A DNA stretch of 64,000 nt from Glycera tridactyla (lineage: Eukaryota): the NCBI GenBank assembly GCA_965644265.1, contig OZ286466.1, forward strand, positions 16,988,001 through 17,052,000, given 5' to 3'. The position numbers and the translations under genes were made by a program. The notes under the pieces are model-generated. The model was not told the origin of the DNA and searched no databases. It saw only the letters and a program-made list of their open reading frames with translations. Positions 42,110-54,132 of the stretch are shown here, piece by piece (the stretch's first letter is position 1; every line of letters begins with the position of its first letter).

Positions 42110-43384
42110 GTCATCGCAATCTGTGACCACCTGACCACGAATTTGTGTAAAAAACTATATTTCATCGATCAATTGAATCTCACGTCTATATCCTTTCTCC
42201 TGTGCACATGTCCTCCGTCGCTCTTCGTCTACCCATTCCTGTTCCTTTCCATCGCCATCCATATCTCTGTTTTTTCTACATCTCTCACTTTTTACCCATA
42301 CATCTAAGTATGTTCCAATCTGGCCGTCCATCTGTCTGCCCGTCAGCTTGCCATGCACCCAGCCAACCATTTCTCCATTCATCGTATTGTCCTGCTCGCC
42401 AGGCCAATTCCCTGCCTGGTCGTCTGTCCGTCTGTCCGTCTGTCTGTTCATCTACCCATTTTTCTCCCTGTCTGCCTAGTGTCCTAGCTCCCTATCCACA
42501 CACCTACCTACCAGCCTCTACCCCTTATCCATCCATCTATCCATCAACAGCACTTGCTATCTCTGCTGCACCGCCCTCTATACATCTATCCACAAATCTT
42601 TCTGTCAACCTACACATCCATCCTTGCATCCATCTACACATCCGTCCACCATCCATTCATCTTTCTCATTCATATGTCTATTTATCTGGTCCTATGTCCA
42701 TCCATCTGGGTGTAAAAATGACTGCAAAGGATACCTGATACACAAGCAAACCCGTTGATGAAACACATGATAGAACCCCCCCCCCCCCCCCCTCCTCAAT
42801 TTTTCCGACAGAGCCTGAGACTGATGAAACACCGCATATGAGAGTTTCCCATCTTCCAAAATATAACCTTGGGGTATATTAGAGTGTCCCGGCTACAGCT
42901 GAGTCATGTGTATGAGATCAAGTGTTGCCCATTCCTCGTGCAGTCATACAGAGGTAATTTTGGGATGACATTTGCTGGTTTCTTATTAATCACCTCTGCA
43001 CGCGGTCATAATGGTAACGGGAAGGCAAACTGGATTACATGATGAAGTGCAAGGTTTCATCCGAAATGTCAGCTGCGAAAGTTATATATTGTGATGCCAT
43101 TGCTGAATGAACGTCGATGATCATTTGGGATGTGTCATTGTTGATAATCGCTGGAATGTGAATAGAACAGTGAATTATCTAGGATGAGACTCGATCATTT
43201 AATGAGACTTTTTCGGAAAATCAGCGGGAAAAATGATTTTTAGCCAATTTCATAATTTTCCGACTTGCTTGCTTCTACTCGAAACAATAATAATTCGGTG
43301 GTTTTCTGATATTTGTTCTTGAAATTTAGGTATTTTGCTATGCATTAGGAGTCCAAGGATATCTGATCAAGAATTATTTCCTAT

Positions 43385-43960
43385 GGACAAACCTTGTGCC
43401 GTGGCACAACCTTAGTTACCAGGTACACTGTCATTTGCTCATAAACCTTGAACAGTCAATTGAAAAGACAAATTTTGATCAGGTACAACCTTTCTCATCA
43501 TTCCTTCAATTATGTGTACCCCCTGGGACAAGTTTTTGGCAGACTATTATCCTTCCATGACACAACTTCAGTCTGTATGCTGTCAATTGCTTGTGAAGCT
43601 GGGACAAGTGCTTGGCAGACTATCGTTGTGCCAAGGCACAACCCTAGTTACAATTTCCTCAATTTCTTATTAACCCAGAACAAGCATTGGACAGACTTTT
43701 ATTTCTTGGTATAATGGTATCAAACATCCTGTTTATCATTTGTAGACCCTAAACATGCTCCCGAGAGAGAAACCTTCAATAATATGCTGCAGATCATCTT
43801 TAAAATGTGGACAAGCTCTCATGAGACTAACCTTGTGCCATGGCACAACCTTAGTCCATATACCAACTACAATTTGTGGAATCTGGACAAGATTTGAATA
43901 GACAAAGCTTGTGCCATGGCAATAATGCGATATGGATCATTTGATAACCCTTGACAGGCT
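43385..43960. repeat. Degenerate ~76-bp tandem array containing a 16-bp palindrome TTGTGCCATGGCACAA
   Basis: Palindrome at 43394, 43626, 43833 and partial at 43909; GGACAAG unit starts spaced about 76-78 bp. Confidence 0.75.
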
Positions 43961-46739
43961 TTTGAAGTCACCATGCAGAGGGTAACTTGATTTGTGATAT
44001 ACTCTTTCAGGTTTTACTAAAATCTGGAAAAAGTCTCATCCGATGATTCAGTCTCGTCCAAAATAATTCGCCGTTATAGTTTGAAATCAGTGATACCCAA
44101 AGTGCCATTCATATCATCTGAAACGACTTATTTCAAGATGGTCCAACCAGAGGAGGATAGTACAAGAACGTACCAAAGAACAATTGTTCCCTAATCTTTT
44201 GTATACCTCTGTTTCTTGGGTGGCCTCCGTCATGGCACAGAATTCATACCACGAATTCGTGGTGAAAATGACACCTCAGTCCCACAACCGAAACATACCT
44301 TTAATGGAGCCTCACTACTGATCTCCTGAACGTGAAAGTGAAGAAATAATTTTCCGATCTGGGTAAATAGGAATGTCACCCTTGACGTTGTCATGGAATA
44401 TGTCGATATAGTGAAATATCACTGTAGGCCATACCAAAGAACGTCTCAATGATTCAATTTCACCGAAATGAGAGTGCGATCATCCTTACTCAGCATTCAA
44501 AATTTTGATCCGACAATTTTTGATCTTCCCCCCCCCCCCCCCCGAAAAAAAATAAGGTTGGTATCAGTGACCTCGTTTTGCAAAAAAAAAATCATATATC
44601 CGAGGCATGATGAAATTCCTTGTTGATTGGTAAATAATGAACAACCACGGCCACTACATGCGTGGAAATGCGCTGTTACATGATCAATGTATTTCCCGTA
44701 TGATGTCTGGGGAGAGGACTGGAAGGAATTTGTGAGATATGAACTGAATCCAGTCCAATATGTTCAATGATTCATCTGAGGAGTGAAATTCACAATGCCG
44801 TGATGTGATAAGGCAGATTGATACATAAAAGAGGCTAACAAACCCGGAAAGAAATCGGATCATCATCACGGAGGCCAACACTCAATTCGATTTGGAGTGA
44901 GTGTGAAGGTACAAGATCTGAGAGTGATGCATATCCAGTTGAAGTAAATATTCCTTCAGCCAACATGTCAGATTAGGTCCGCAGAAGTTTCACTGCTAAA
45001 CCCCCTTATCGAATGTCATAGTGGTCTTCCATTTTGTGGTGATGGTGGGTGTGAAATCTTTCCCGGGAGACCCATCATTCAAAAGGCGTGTCAACTGCAT
45101 GGTTGATCTATACTTTCATGGTATTCAGCACAGCTGTAGAGTGAGAAGGCTAGCAGTGTTATACCACCAGCCAGACATATAAGACCTGCTAATCCTCACG
45201 TATGGCAAAGCAAATATTTCATATGGCCTGCATACAATGACACCTGTGCTCTCGCAATACCCATATCTGTCACGTAGATGTATAGAGAAAGGTCCGCGTG
45301 AGATGGCTCAGCATACAGGGGACAATCGATTGACAATGAGGGCCATTGACATCTATGAGGCTCTCTTCGAATAGGTAAGCGTGGGACAGGAGGAGTGTAT
45401 GAAACATTTTGACTGTTACATGTACATTTCAAGACAGATGATATCTGTAGTGAAATTTAGAAGATGATTGAATACGGTAATCTTGATAAAGGGACATGTT
45501 CCCGGGATGTTTGATCGGATGGATTGATGGGTGGATAGATAATTGAATCTGGGGGTGAATGGCTCCATAGCTTCAGAGAGAGAGAGAGAGAGTGGGATAG
45601 CGGTACAGACAGACAGACAGACAGACAGACGGACGGATGAATGAATGGACATTGGATTGGTAGATGAAGTGAAATATGAGGAAAGTACAGGCTTGAACGA
45701 AAATATAAGCCTCTCCGAGCTATACACAAGAGAGCGAGGGCAATAAAAATGAGGCTGACGCATAGGAAGTATCATACAAAGGAGGCGACTTGAGAGAAGC
45801 ATGATGCATTACTCCTGACATGGAAGTCTGGCAGTTTCCTCCAGACAAGACCAGCCACATATTATAGTCAGGTCCACGTGAGGCTTCCACTGGCTTGTCA
45901 GATGGTAGATTCTTGAAATTCTGCATAATTCAGTGCAATTCAACATTTATTCTTCGATACAACATACAGACACTGATAAAACTACAATCTACATAGATAT
46001 TATTACACTGTATTCTCTTTTACGATCCATATGGTTCAGCACAATCTTCCATATTTGTGTATACCCGGGATATCATTTTATTGTTTTATATCATCCCACC
46101 CAACCCAACTGATAGTGTGAGAGAGTGATGTGAATGCAATATCCGAGACTGCCATAAAGTACTATGATTATATCCAGATCAGATATATGGGATAATGTGA
46201 CTGAAGGCTTCACTTGTGAAGAAATGGAATCAGTTAGTTTACTATGCATGTGTATAACAAAACGAGCAATACCGACGATATAATTATAATACTTCTTGAT
46301 GAGTCATAGACCGACCATGATATTCCAGAATGATGCATTTCAGAATGATATAATATGGAAGTGATCAGCTGAAGATGGTTTTCTCAAGAATATTATCATG
46401 TGTTTATCAGTTATATTGTGACAAAATATTGAACATTCCAAATCAACTTATTTGTGTGGATAACTTGTATTGATACCTATGGAATTTCATTTCTTCCTAG
46501 TCGATACTCGAGCTCCTTTGATTGAGTTGATCGAGTCGAGGTACTTTCGAGCAAGCACCATTAAATTCACAATGACAGTCGGTTACCCTGTGGTGATTCT
46601 TTTTGAGAAAAACACACGTTGTTTCCTATCAAGATATCGAATCTGAATGATCATTGATGCACAGAAGATTTGATATGGATCCCAGGTAATCGAAGACGGG
46701 GTGTGAAATCAATACAATATAATCACAATTACACACGTG

Positions 46740-47666
46740 ATTGGTTTTGTTGGGGTTTGATGGTAAACATTATCCCTCGGGTTTACGTCCGCCATGAGTT
46801 CGAGCTCAAAGAAAGCTAGATGTTATCTCTCCTGCAAACGTCACTCTCCAAAACTCCAAACACAATCACATACACGTTATACAATTGACCATATAGGATA
46901 TACCATGACGAAGAAATGCCCAATGATCACAACAGCTTTTGGAATAATGAATGCTGCAATGGACGTGATCGTAAACATCAAATACAGACAACAATTCTTT
47001 TTTTTTGAAAGAGGGGAATGGTTCCTCAGTATAATTCATGAAACTTTAAAAAAGTGGATCATGATATTGCAGAAATCATCCGATCCCAGGCCGATTGGAT
47101 GGGCCCCTCACTATATTCCACAAGTCGGATTATAACTAATACACCAACCAGCTTCCTACAAGATATGAGAATGAAGTCAATATTTTGACAATCAATAGAA
47201 TATGATTATAACCACACAAATGGGACTGGTTGGTTGAGGCTTGGTGGCATATATCAACCCAGAGGTTAAGTCTGCCGTGAGTTACTGGTCAATGAAAGCT
47301 AGATGCTATCTCTCTCACAGGCATCACTATCACAAACCTTGAACACAATCACAGACGCAATATACGTTCTTGATTACATAACATATATTATAACGAGATA
47401 AGACCAACCGATCATCACTGAAATGTATACGGCTTTTGAGATAAAAGATAGACGCGATCACAAATTATACCATATACGGACAGTCAGTGTTCATCTCCGA
47501 ACGAGGGAACTAATTTCCGAAACTATACTCATAGAATTAGGGAATCAGTATCATGATCCAATCCCATACTGATTGGACGTGCGCCCCAATATATTTTCAC
47601 TTGTGCTGAAAAGGTTGATCAAAACCGACACATTATCCAACTTTCACGACGTGAGAATGATGTCAA
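46740..47666 (+). repeat. Diverged ~485-bp tandem duplication carrying the KLD..S.A.(I/V)T..N..H module
   Basis: Anchors GAAAGCTAGATG at 46811 and 47294, and GAGAATGA.GTCAA at about 47166 and 47653. Confidence 0.75.
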
Positions 47667-49886
47667 CCTTCTGTTGAGCAAACGATGATGGAGGCTGTGA
47701 GATTCTCCAGCAGCTGATGGCGATATCGCTGTGAATTAGTCGGGTGCTATCATCTATCACGAGCAGACAGATCAGATTGCATCAGGTAATTATGTGGTCA
47801 TTAAGATGCACATCAAGAGATTCACCAGCCATCTGACACTAAAGGGTCATATCACTGTGTTTAATGCCCATATTCTCATGTTCCTCTCAGAGTACTGTGC
47901 AAATCTAAAGTAACTAGTCACCGTTTTGTGAAAATGACTTGATATGTGTTCTATTTCTCGCGAAACTACCATCAACTGGGATGATAGCAGAACAAATGGA
48001 CTCTATCTTGTGGCAGTATATTTCCGAATGGTTGGCGGACCAATTTTATCTTTACCAGTGAATGTGGTCTAAGAAGAAAGTGTTCCAGATAGAGACCATA
48101 TATATTATGCATTTCAATCCACACATACATCGGTATCATATATTGGGACAGAGAGGATAATGGAACAATATGGGTTGCAGAACCGCATTATGATGTCACT
48201 GAGGGATGAATCACCAAGGAGACATTGAGTTGTCACCATGACCTAATTCGTATGATGATGGCATCATATGTAACAAAAAACTTCACTCCGGGTCTCATTG
48301 TCGTACTTGAAGAACGTGCTCTTGTCGTGTCTCCTTCACATATATTTTCCTTGCTCAGAGTAATTCACGTCCAACATCGGTTTGAACATCCATGCAATTA
48401 CTAATCCATATTTGAACTAGGCCTAGACGTCACCAAATCCTTTACTGATATATATCGGGTCTTGGGTAGCACATATTCCATCAATGCCATAACAAATTTT
48501 GCCTGAGCAGGCCAAACTGGAATAAACTTTTGTGGCATCACGAACTTGACCATCTAAGAAGTTTGTAATCCTCAAAGTGAACACTTTCCATCCGGGGTTT
48601 CGAACGGGAATTCACATTCCTCCAACACATACTCTATAAAGACCACTCATCCTATTACACAAGACCATGGCACCTGATGAAGCCTTTGATGGCCAAAACC
48701 AGGAACTGCAGACCAACTCCGTACCCTTTCACTGTTTTGGCACATCAAATTCAAAATCTCGTCGGAGATTTTAGGGAATCCGCTAAAGATTTGTGTGACC
48801 TCCATTTCCAAAAGGAGGTCCGACGTGCGATTAGGCTATGACAGGCATGTCTCGATGGCCGAAACAACAGCGTCATTCTGGGTTTGCCAGTCATCACTGA
48901 AATACATACTGTTTATCATGCTTGACTTTAAAGTCAATAACATGGTTGTCGAATTCTGGATGTGAACAGATGCAAGTGATATCCATCAGATGTTCTGGAT
49001 ATGATATATGGCCTTGGTGTGGGAATGTCGTAAATCTTATCTCTTCCGGAATTGCCTTCGACTGCAGTCAGGCAGTCAACACCGTATACAGTTATTGACA
49101 TCCAAGCAATTTCCTGCATCAGCTGTATATGATGCGGACACACGGAATTGTAAAGGGTTATGCAGTACAAAGTGATGCCAGACAGATTATCCCCCAAGGG
49201 GTATCTGTAATAGTTCCACCTTATCAGGGATGTTCATCAATATTCAATCAGAATATTGGTGCGACACGTTTACAACTGCGATTGGCAACCGAATGAATCT
49301 AGAGTTGCTGGTTGGCGTCCCATTTGGTCTTGTCCGTGAATTTTGTCATGATTTTCTTCCATCCTGCTTGTCCTCCACCCTGAGTGTGCCCCTCACGGGT
49401 CGAATGACGAATGGACTATTTGAGACTCCTCCTTCAGGATCCCCATTTGGAATCATGAATTTGTATTGCTTGTGGAGTGTGGACGATCTCAGCCTCCCTA
49501 TCAGGCAAGGGTTCCTGGTATAATATTCCACATAGAAAGCTTCATAAATCAGGCAATCAATACAGCTCGTGTTGCAGCATTCTGTTTGCATGTAGGATGA
49601 TAATGCTTCCACAACACGGATCAATTGTTTTATCACCAATAATGAGCACATCGCTGCAGGCTCATCATTCCCGCCATCATCACTGCCATGTAATTTACCA
49701 GCCAAATATTATTTTATGGCAGACCTTCCAACAAACATTATTACTTTATGGGATGATAACAAAGCTATCTGATTGATGGAATGCGGAGATAAAGGATGCG
49801 GGCATTAGTATTATCTTCAAAGTTCTTCCCAGATATGATGTTGATGTTGGTGTTGGTGTTGGGGTTGGGGTTCAGGCCAGCTGCTG

Positions 49887-50084
49887 TTTCTGAGATCTCC
49901 GCCTGGAGGCTGGAGATCACTATGCTACCACTTCTCTGCTTGACTCGCACACTAACTTCACCGATTCTGACGCTTGAAACTGTTACCATCAACGGATTTT
50001 GGTTGGGCCTGTGTGAAAGGCAACAATTTTAACATCATTTATTGAGTTGATGAACGACAATTTGAGAAAATGTAGCGATTACGT
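49887..50084 (+). mobile_element. 5' fragment of a second HINE of the 1733-2845 family
   Basis: TTT-C-TGAGATCTCC...GGAGATCACTATGCTACCACTTCTCTGC and CAATTTGAGAAAATGTAGCGATTACGT match the reverse complement of about 2635-2845. Confidence 0.7.
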
Positions 50085-50451
50085 CAGCTATACATGAGCA
50101 CACAGCATGAGAGTCCAGACGGATCTGCCTCTCAATTCCCTATCCACAATATTTCAGAATTCCAGCTACCATGTGGGGTTCGCGACCCTGCTCATATGGC
50201 AACCGCTAGCCTCCTTCTGGCACGGATGCACCAGATGATGCTTCTATTGCTGGAACGGACATTCCCAGCTCGCTCTCGCCACTTGCAGTGTGGCGACTAT
50301 CACAGTCAATCCTGTGCAAAATGTGAGCTCGGAAAAATCGCTCACGAACATTTTGTATTTTGTATGTTCCAATATATGCCATCTAAAATGTCAGAAAATT
50401 CTCATTGCGAGATAGCAGTCAGGAACTACGATATATTAGCTGAAAATGTTG

Positions 50452-50636
50452 TTCAATCACTGTACCATTTCTCCCTCAAATTCTGCATTCCCCGGGCCGA
50501 TAGGCCTACATGCGAACATTACAACAACACGAATAATAATTCGTGAACTGAAACCTCCCTCCGCCCTACATTAACACCAGGTGGCTATGACCTACAGGTC
50601 ACTTCCTGTCCACCTAATATCGGCGTATTTTTCAAC
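50452..50636 (+). repeat. DIRS left inverted terminal repeat, including the unique left extension 50452-50465
   Basis: 50466-50630 is the reverse complement of 57567-57731 with 4 transition mismatches. Confidence 0.95.
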
Positions 50637-51058
50637 TTCGCCATTGCCGTGTTGTTGTGGAATACCCGGGCTCTGGGAAAAAGTTGGAATCATTCCTCTT
50701 TTTTCCATCGCCTACGGCTCTTTGAGTGTTCGCATGTTGAATTGATTATTCTACATTGATACGTTCTCATGTGGAAGCTCTGAGGGTTTTTGCGAACCTT
50801 GTATTGACAATTTTGTGAGAAATTTGTTGTACCGTGCACGACAATGTCGTGGTAGATATATGTGATTGTGATTGTTGAAATAGCGCTACAGTAGCGCTTG
50901 TGATTTTCATATCGTTATTGAGGTAGTTTGCCGTTTTGACACCACTTAGGCGGCAGCCTTGCCTCCCAGCGACCTCGCGGTCGTGCGCGTCAATTAGTTG
51001 GCAGAGAGGGATAGCTTGCCACTGACGCGAGTTATACTTAGACGTGACCTACTTAGCC

Positions 51059-51940
51059 ATGTCAGCTATTCAATCTCAGAAGCGCGGTGGTTGCGGCCAT
51101 TTTATGGCTATATGGGACACCCATACTAAATGTCCTTCTTGCAGAGAATGTGGGAAAGCAGAGAACCCGAGCAGAGATGGGGAGAGGGTATGCTCTGTCT
51201 GTGAGGAGTGGGAACCTGCTACCTGGGCAAAACACTACGGTAGACGAACTTTCAGCTCAAAACGTAAAAAGCAGAAAGCTCTAGCAGAGGAAAGGAAAGA
51301 TTCTGGATCTGAAGCAAAATCTGTTTCCCATACTGATACAGCCCAAGTTCGTTCCCCTGTTCAGTTCCCAAGTAGTGAGAAGGATAACAAATCAGTAGCT
51401 TCTATTGATAGCTGGGAGGAACTGTCTTTGAGACCTAGAGCCTCTAAATCTGTTAGGAAGGGAAAGTCTAAAAGGAAAAAGAAACCACCAAAAGATCTAA
51501 TAGCACAAACAAGCACAGAGGTTGCTATCTCTTTTGAGCGCAAACCAGTTAGGTCTGACAGTCCTAGAAGCCTTGGTTCAGCTACCAAGACAGAAATCAG
51601 TAAAACACATGTGTCAGGTGACGATATCAGTCGAAACACACAGTCAGCTCAGTTGGATCTTAACCTTGGTTCGGTGGAAATTCAGGATCAACTACAGACT
51701 GAGACACAGGAAAGAGAGATATCATATCATGAAGCATACGGCCAGAGTCCGGTATACGAGCCTATTTCAGATATTGATATCAATCCATCATGTCCGGTGG
51801 CATCGGATGTAGCTCAGGTTGAGGATGAAGCTGTAGTTTCAACCTTTCAACATGGTCCGGCGGGTGTCCGGCTGAGCAAGGTCCAGAAGGTTCTGGTACC
51901 AAGAATGATGGAGAAGTATCCGGAGGCACGTTTCCTGTAA
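51059..51940 (+). CDS. gag: DIRS gag-like ORF1, N-terminal part with Cys/His zinc-finger-like motif; ends after an apparent frameshift
   Basis: CGHFMAIWDTHTKCPSCRECG...CSVCEEW followed by a basic, Ser-rich low-complexity region. The frame-1 continuation is open from 51829, so a 1-nt shift lies within 51829-51940. Confidence 0.75.
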   Translation: MSAIQSQKRGGCGHFMAIWDTHTKCPSCRECGKAENPSRDGERVCSVCEEWEPATWAKHYGRRTFSSKRKKQKALAEERKDSGSEAKSVSHTDTAQVRSPVQFPSSEKDNKSVASIDSWEELSLRPRASKSVRKGKSKRKKKPPKDLIAQTSTEVAISFERKPVRSDSPRSLGSATKTEISKTHVSGDDISRNTQSAQLDLNLGSVEIQDQLQTETQEREISYHEAYGQSPVYEPISDIDINPSCPVASDVAQVEDEAVVSTFQHGPAGVRLSKVQKVLVPRMMEKYPEARFL

Positions 51941-52629
51941 CGTTGGTTCCACAGATACAATTATCGAGCTCAGAGACGTCCGGTGGTCCGGTACGCAGTC
52001 TAAGCACGAATAGTGGGCCGGTCCGGTCTTTATTAGATTCGGGGCAGATCCGTGTGAAAATCCCGGCCTTCTCCGCGGCACGTCCGGCTATGTCCAGGGC
52101 TCGCGCGCGAGGAGAGAGCAGCGTTCAGACGTTCGCGCAAAAGCCGGGGGAGTTACGTACGGATTGTTCGGTTGTTGATATGTCCGGTGCGGCCACTAGT
52201 AGCGTAGTGAAGTCCGGTCCGGCCGTACGTAACGCGGTTTCTGTCAGTAGTACTTGCAGAGGCAAGCTGATCTCTCCATCAACTAGTAGTATAAAGGGTG
52301 ATCGAAGGAACACATTGTCGACAGAGACCATGAATGTCCGTCCGGTTGTTGGTCAGATGCGGCCATCCGTCTCTCCGTCTGGGGGAACCAAAAGAAAATT
52401 GGAACTTTCGTATGAAAAAAGTTCGAAAGTCAAAAAATCTGGGAAATATGTACCAAAAGCGGTGAGAACAATGACCACTGATATACCGCGTAGGTCTACG
52501 GACGAGATTTCTGTCAAGAAATTGGATCTGACTATATTTGGTTCTAGTTTGACAAGAACAGGGTTGGATGACAAGTTGGATGGTTTAGCCGCAAAAAGAA
52601 GTCTTCTTGAGCGACAGCTTAGAGGTTAA
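51829..52629 (+). pseudogene. gag: DIRS gag middle segment (Ser/Gly/Pro-rich), ending at a probable premature TAA
   Basis: Same frame as 52633-54132 and separated from it only by TAA 52627-52629. Confidence 0.7.
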
Positions 52630-52632
52630 GAT

Positions 52633-54132
52633 GTGGTTATGTCTAGTGTGAGGAACAGCCTTCAGGCAGAACGAGTTCTAGACAATGCACAGGACAGTTC
52701 TAGTGAGAAGGATTCATCTAAGGATGAAGATGAGGATGATGTTGGTGAGGAGGTAGACAATATGGTGCAGTTGGTTCAACCTCATACACCCCGAGTTAAA
52801 CCATTATCTGTCCCTCACACTGCGGCGGCCCCTGGAGCGTCTATGGTTATGGGTCCCCCTGCCAAGGGTAGACCTGTGTGGACTGAGGGTAGGTCTCCTA
52901 CTGAACTTAATCAGGCGGCCATCATACAGTCCATGCAGGAGACCATAGATAACTTAGTGTCCAGGTTGGACAAAAAAGATGAGGAGCAGAGGGCTCAATC
53001 CGGTGAGGATTCTGAGGATGATTCAGAAGTCCCTGTAGTGAAGAGGCGCCTCAGGAATTTCCGCAAGTTTGCGGCGGAGGTCATACCATCAGATGTGCCT
53101 CAACCTGGTCCAAGGGAATTACCGAACTGGAGCGTGGCAGTGAAGAACCTGGATAGTTCCCAAGAGTTGCTCTGTCACAAGAAAGAGGTGGAGAGGTTGG
53201 TGGAGACCGCGTTACCAATATCCTCTATGTTAGTGTATGGTCAGGAGCTGCTGGATAAGAATATTCAGGGCTTAGAGAAGGAGGATGAGGTTCAGCCAGT
53301 CTCTACCCCTCTGGAGGATTTTGAGGTAGGGAAGGGTGGTCTACATGAGGCTAGGTCACGTTATTTTAAGACCTCCCTCCCTAAGGTGTATGGGTGTAAT
53401 CCCCGGTCATATGCGATGAGGAGGTGTGGGGATAGACCCAAGGATTATATTGTGGAAGCCCCGGTTATCGACCCTAATTATGTACAGTACGGCAAGGCCT
53501 CTAAATCGGAGGTCAAGCCGTCAAATGATGAGTTAATTTTGAGAGATGCTCTCAAAATGCTGTCATACTCTGACCTGGCTCAGGCCACCAGTATTGGAGC
53601 CAGTGATATGACAGATAGCGATATCCCTGATGTGAAGGCAAAAGCTAAGGAGACTAACTTAGTTGGATGCCGAGCGGTTGAGCATGCGGCCTTCCTTATT
53701 TTGAAGGTCGTAGGTAATATGGAGCTTGCTCGACGCACAACAGCTCTCAAAACCTTATATTTTGACGAGGAGACTTGCGCCAAGTTGCGAGTTCTTCCTC
53801 TCGGACAAACTTACTTGTTTTGGGGGAAGCTCGATGAGGCCTCAAATAGGTCATCTGAGGTTAGCAGACGCCAGAGGGAGAACGATCAGAGTTTCAAACC
53901 GTCCTCTAAACAGAATTTCTCTGGGAACCAGAACCAGAAGAAGAAAGATTCTGGTAGTGGTCGTGGTCGTGGTCAGGGTCGGAAGAACAGGGGGCGTGGA
54001 CGAGGTGGTAGTCAGGGCCAGAAGCGTACGGACGCGTTGCCTTCTGGTCAGGCAGGTCAGTCTACCAAGGAGACTGAATTCAATGTAACGTTCAACAAAC
54101 CTAGGGGCAGGGGCGAGAATCAGCAGCCCTAG
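52633..54132 (+). CDS. gag: DIRS gag C-terminal part (putative LAP2alpha-like gag domain plus RG-rich tail)
   Basis: 499-aa open frame directly upstream of RT. Motifs EAPVIDP and GNMELARRTTALK...LRVLPLGQTYLFWGKL resemble DIRS gag ends; RGRG-rich tail. The domain name needs HMM confirmation. Confidence 0.8.
   Translation: MVMSSVRNSLQAERVLDNAQDSSSEKDSSKDEDEDDVGEEVDNMVQLVQPHTPRVKPLSVPHTAAAPGASMVMGPPAKGRPVWTEGRSPTELNQAAIIQSMQETIDNLVSRLDKKDEEQRAQSGEDSEDDSEVPVVKRRLRNFRKFAAEVIPSDVPQPGPRELPNWSVAVKNLDSSQELLCHKKEVERLVETALPISSMLVYGQELLDKNIQGLEKEDEVQPVSTPLEDFEVGKGGLHEARSRYFKTSLPKVYGCNPRSYAMRRCGDRPKDYIVEAPVIDPNYVQYGKASKSEVKPSNDELILRDALKMLSYSDLAQATSIGASDMTDSDIPDVKAKAKETNLVGCRAVEHAAFLILKVVGNMELARRTTALKTLYFDEETCAKLRVLPLGQTYLFWGKLDEASNRSSEVSRRQRENDQSFKPSSKQNFSGNQNQKKKDSGSGRGRGQGRKNRGRGRGGSQGQKRTDALPSGQAGQSTKETEFNVTFNKPRGRGENQQP

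Noticed and set aside
43385-43960. Palindromic repeats with variable intervening sequence, superficially CRISPR-like
   Set aside because: Eukaryotic context, no cas genes, irregular degenerate units, and the intervening sequences are themselves partly homologous.
30817-44543. Long C runs all on the + strand (30.8, 31.4, 42.8, 44.5 kb, plus the paralogous pair at 1.06 and 28.2 kb)
   Set aside because: Too few independent runs to exclude chance, and homopolymers are assembly-error prone.
50466-50630. Using the 4/165 ITR mismatches as an insertion clock
   Set aside because: DIRS ITRs are not necessarily identical at insertion as LTRs are, and no substitution rate is available.
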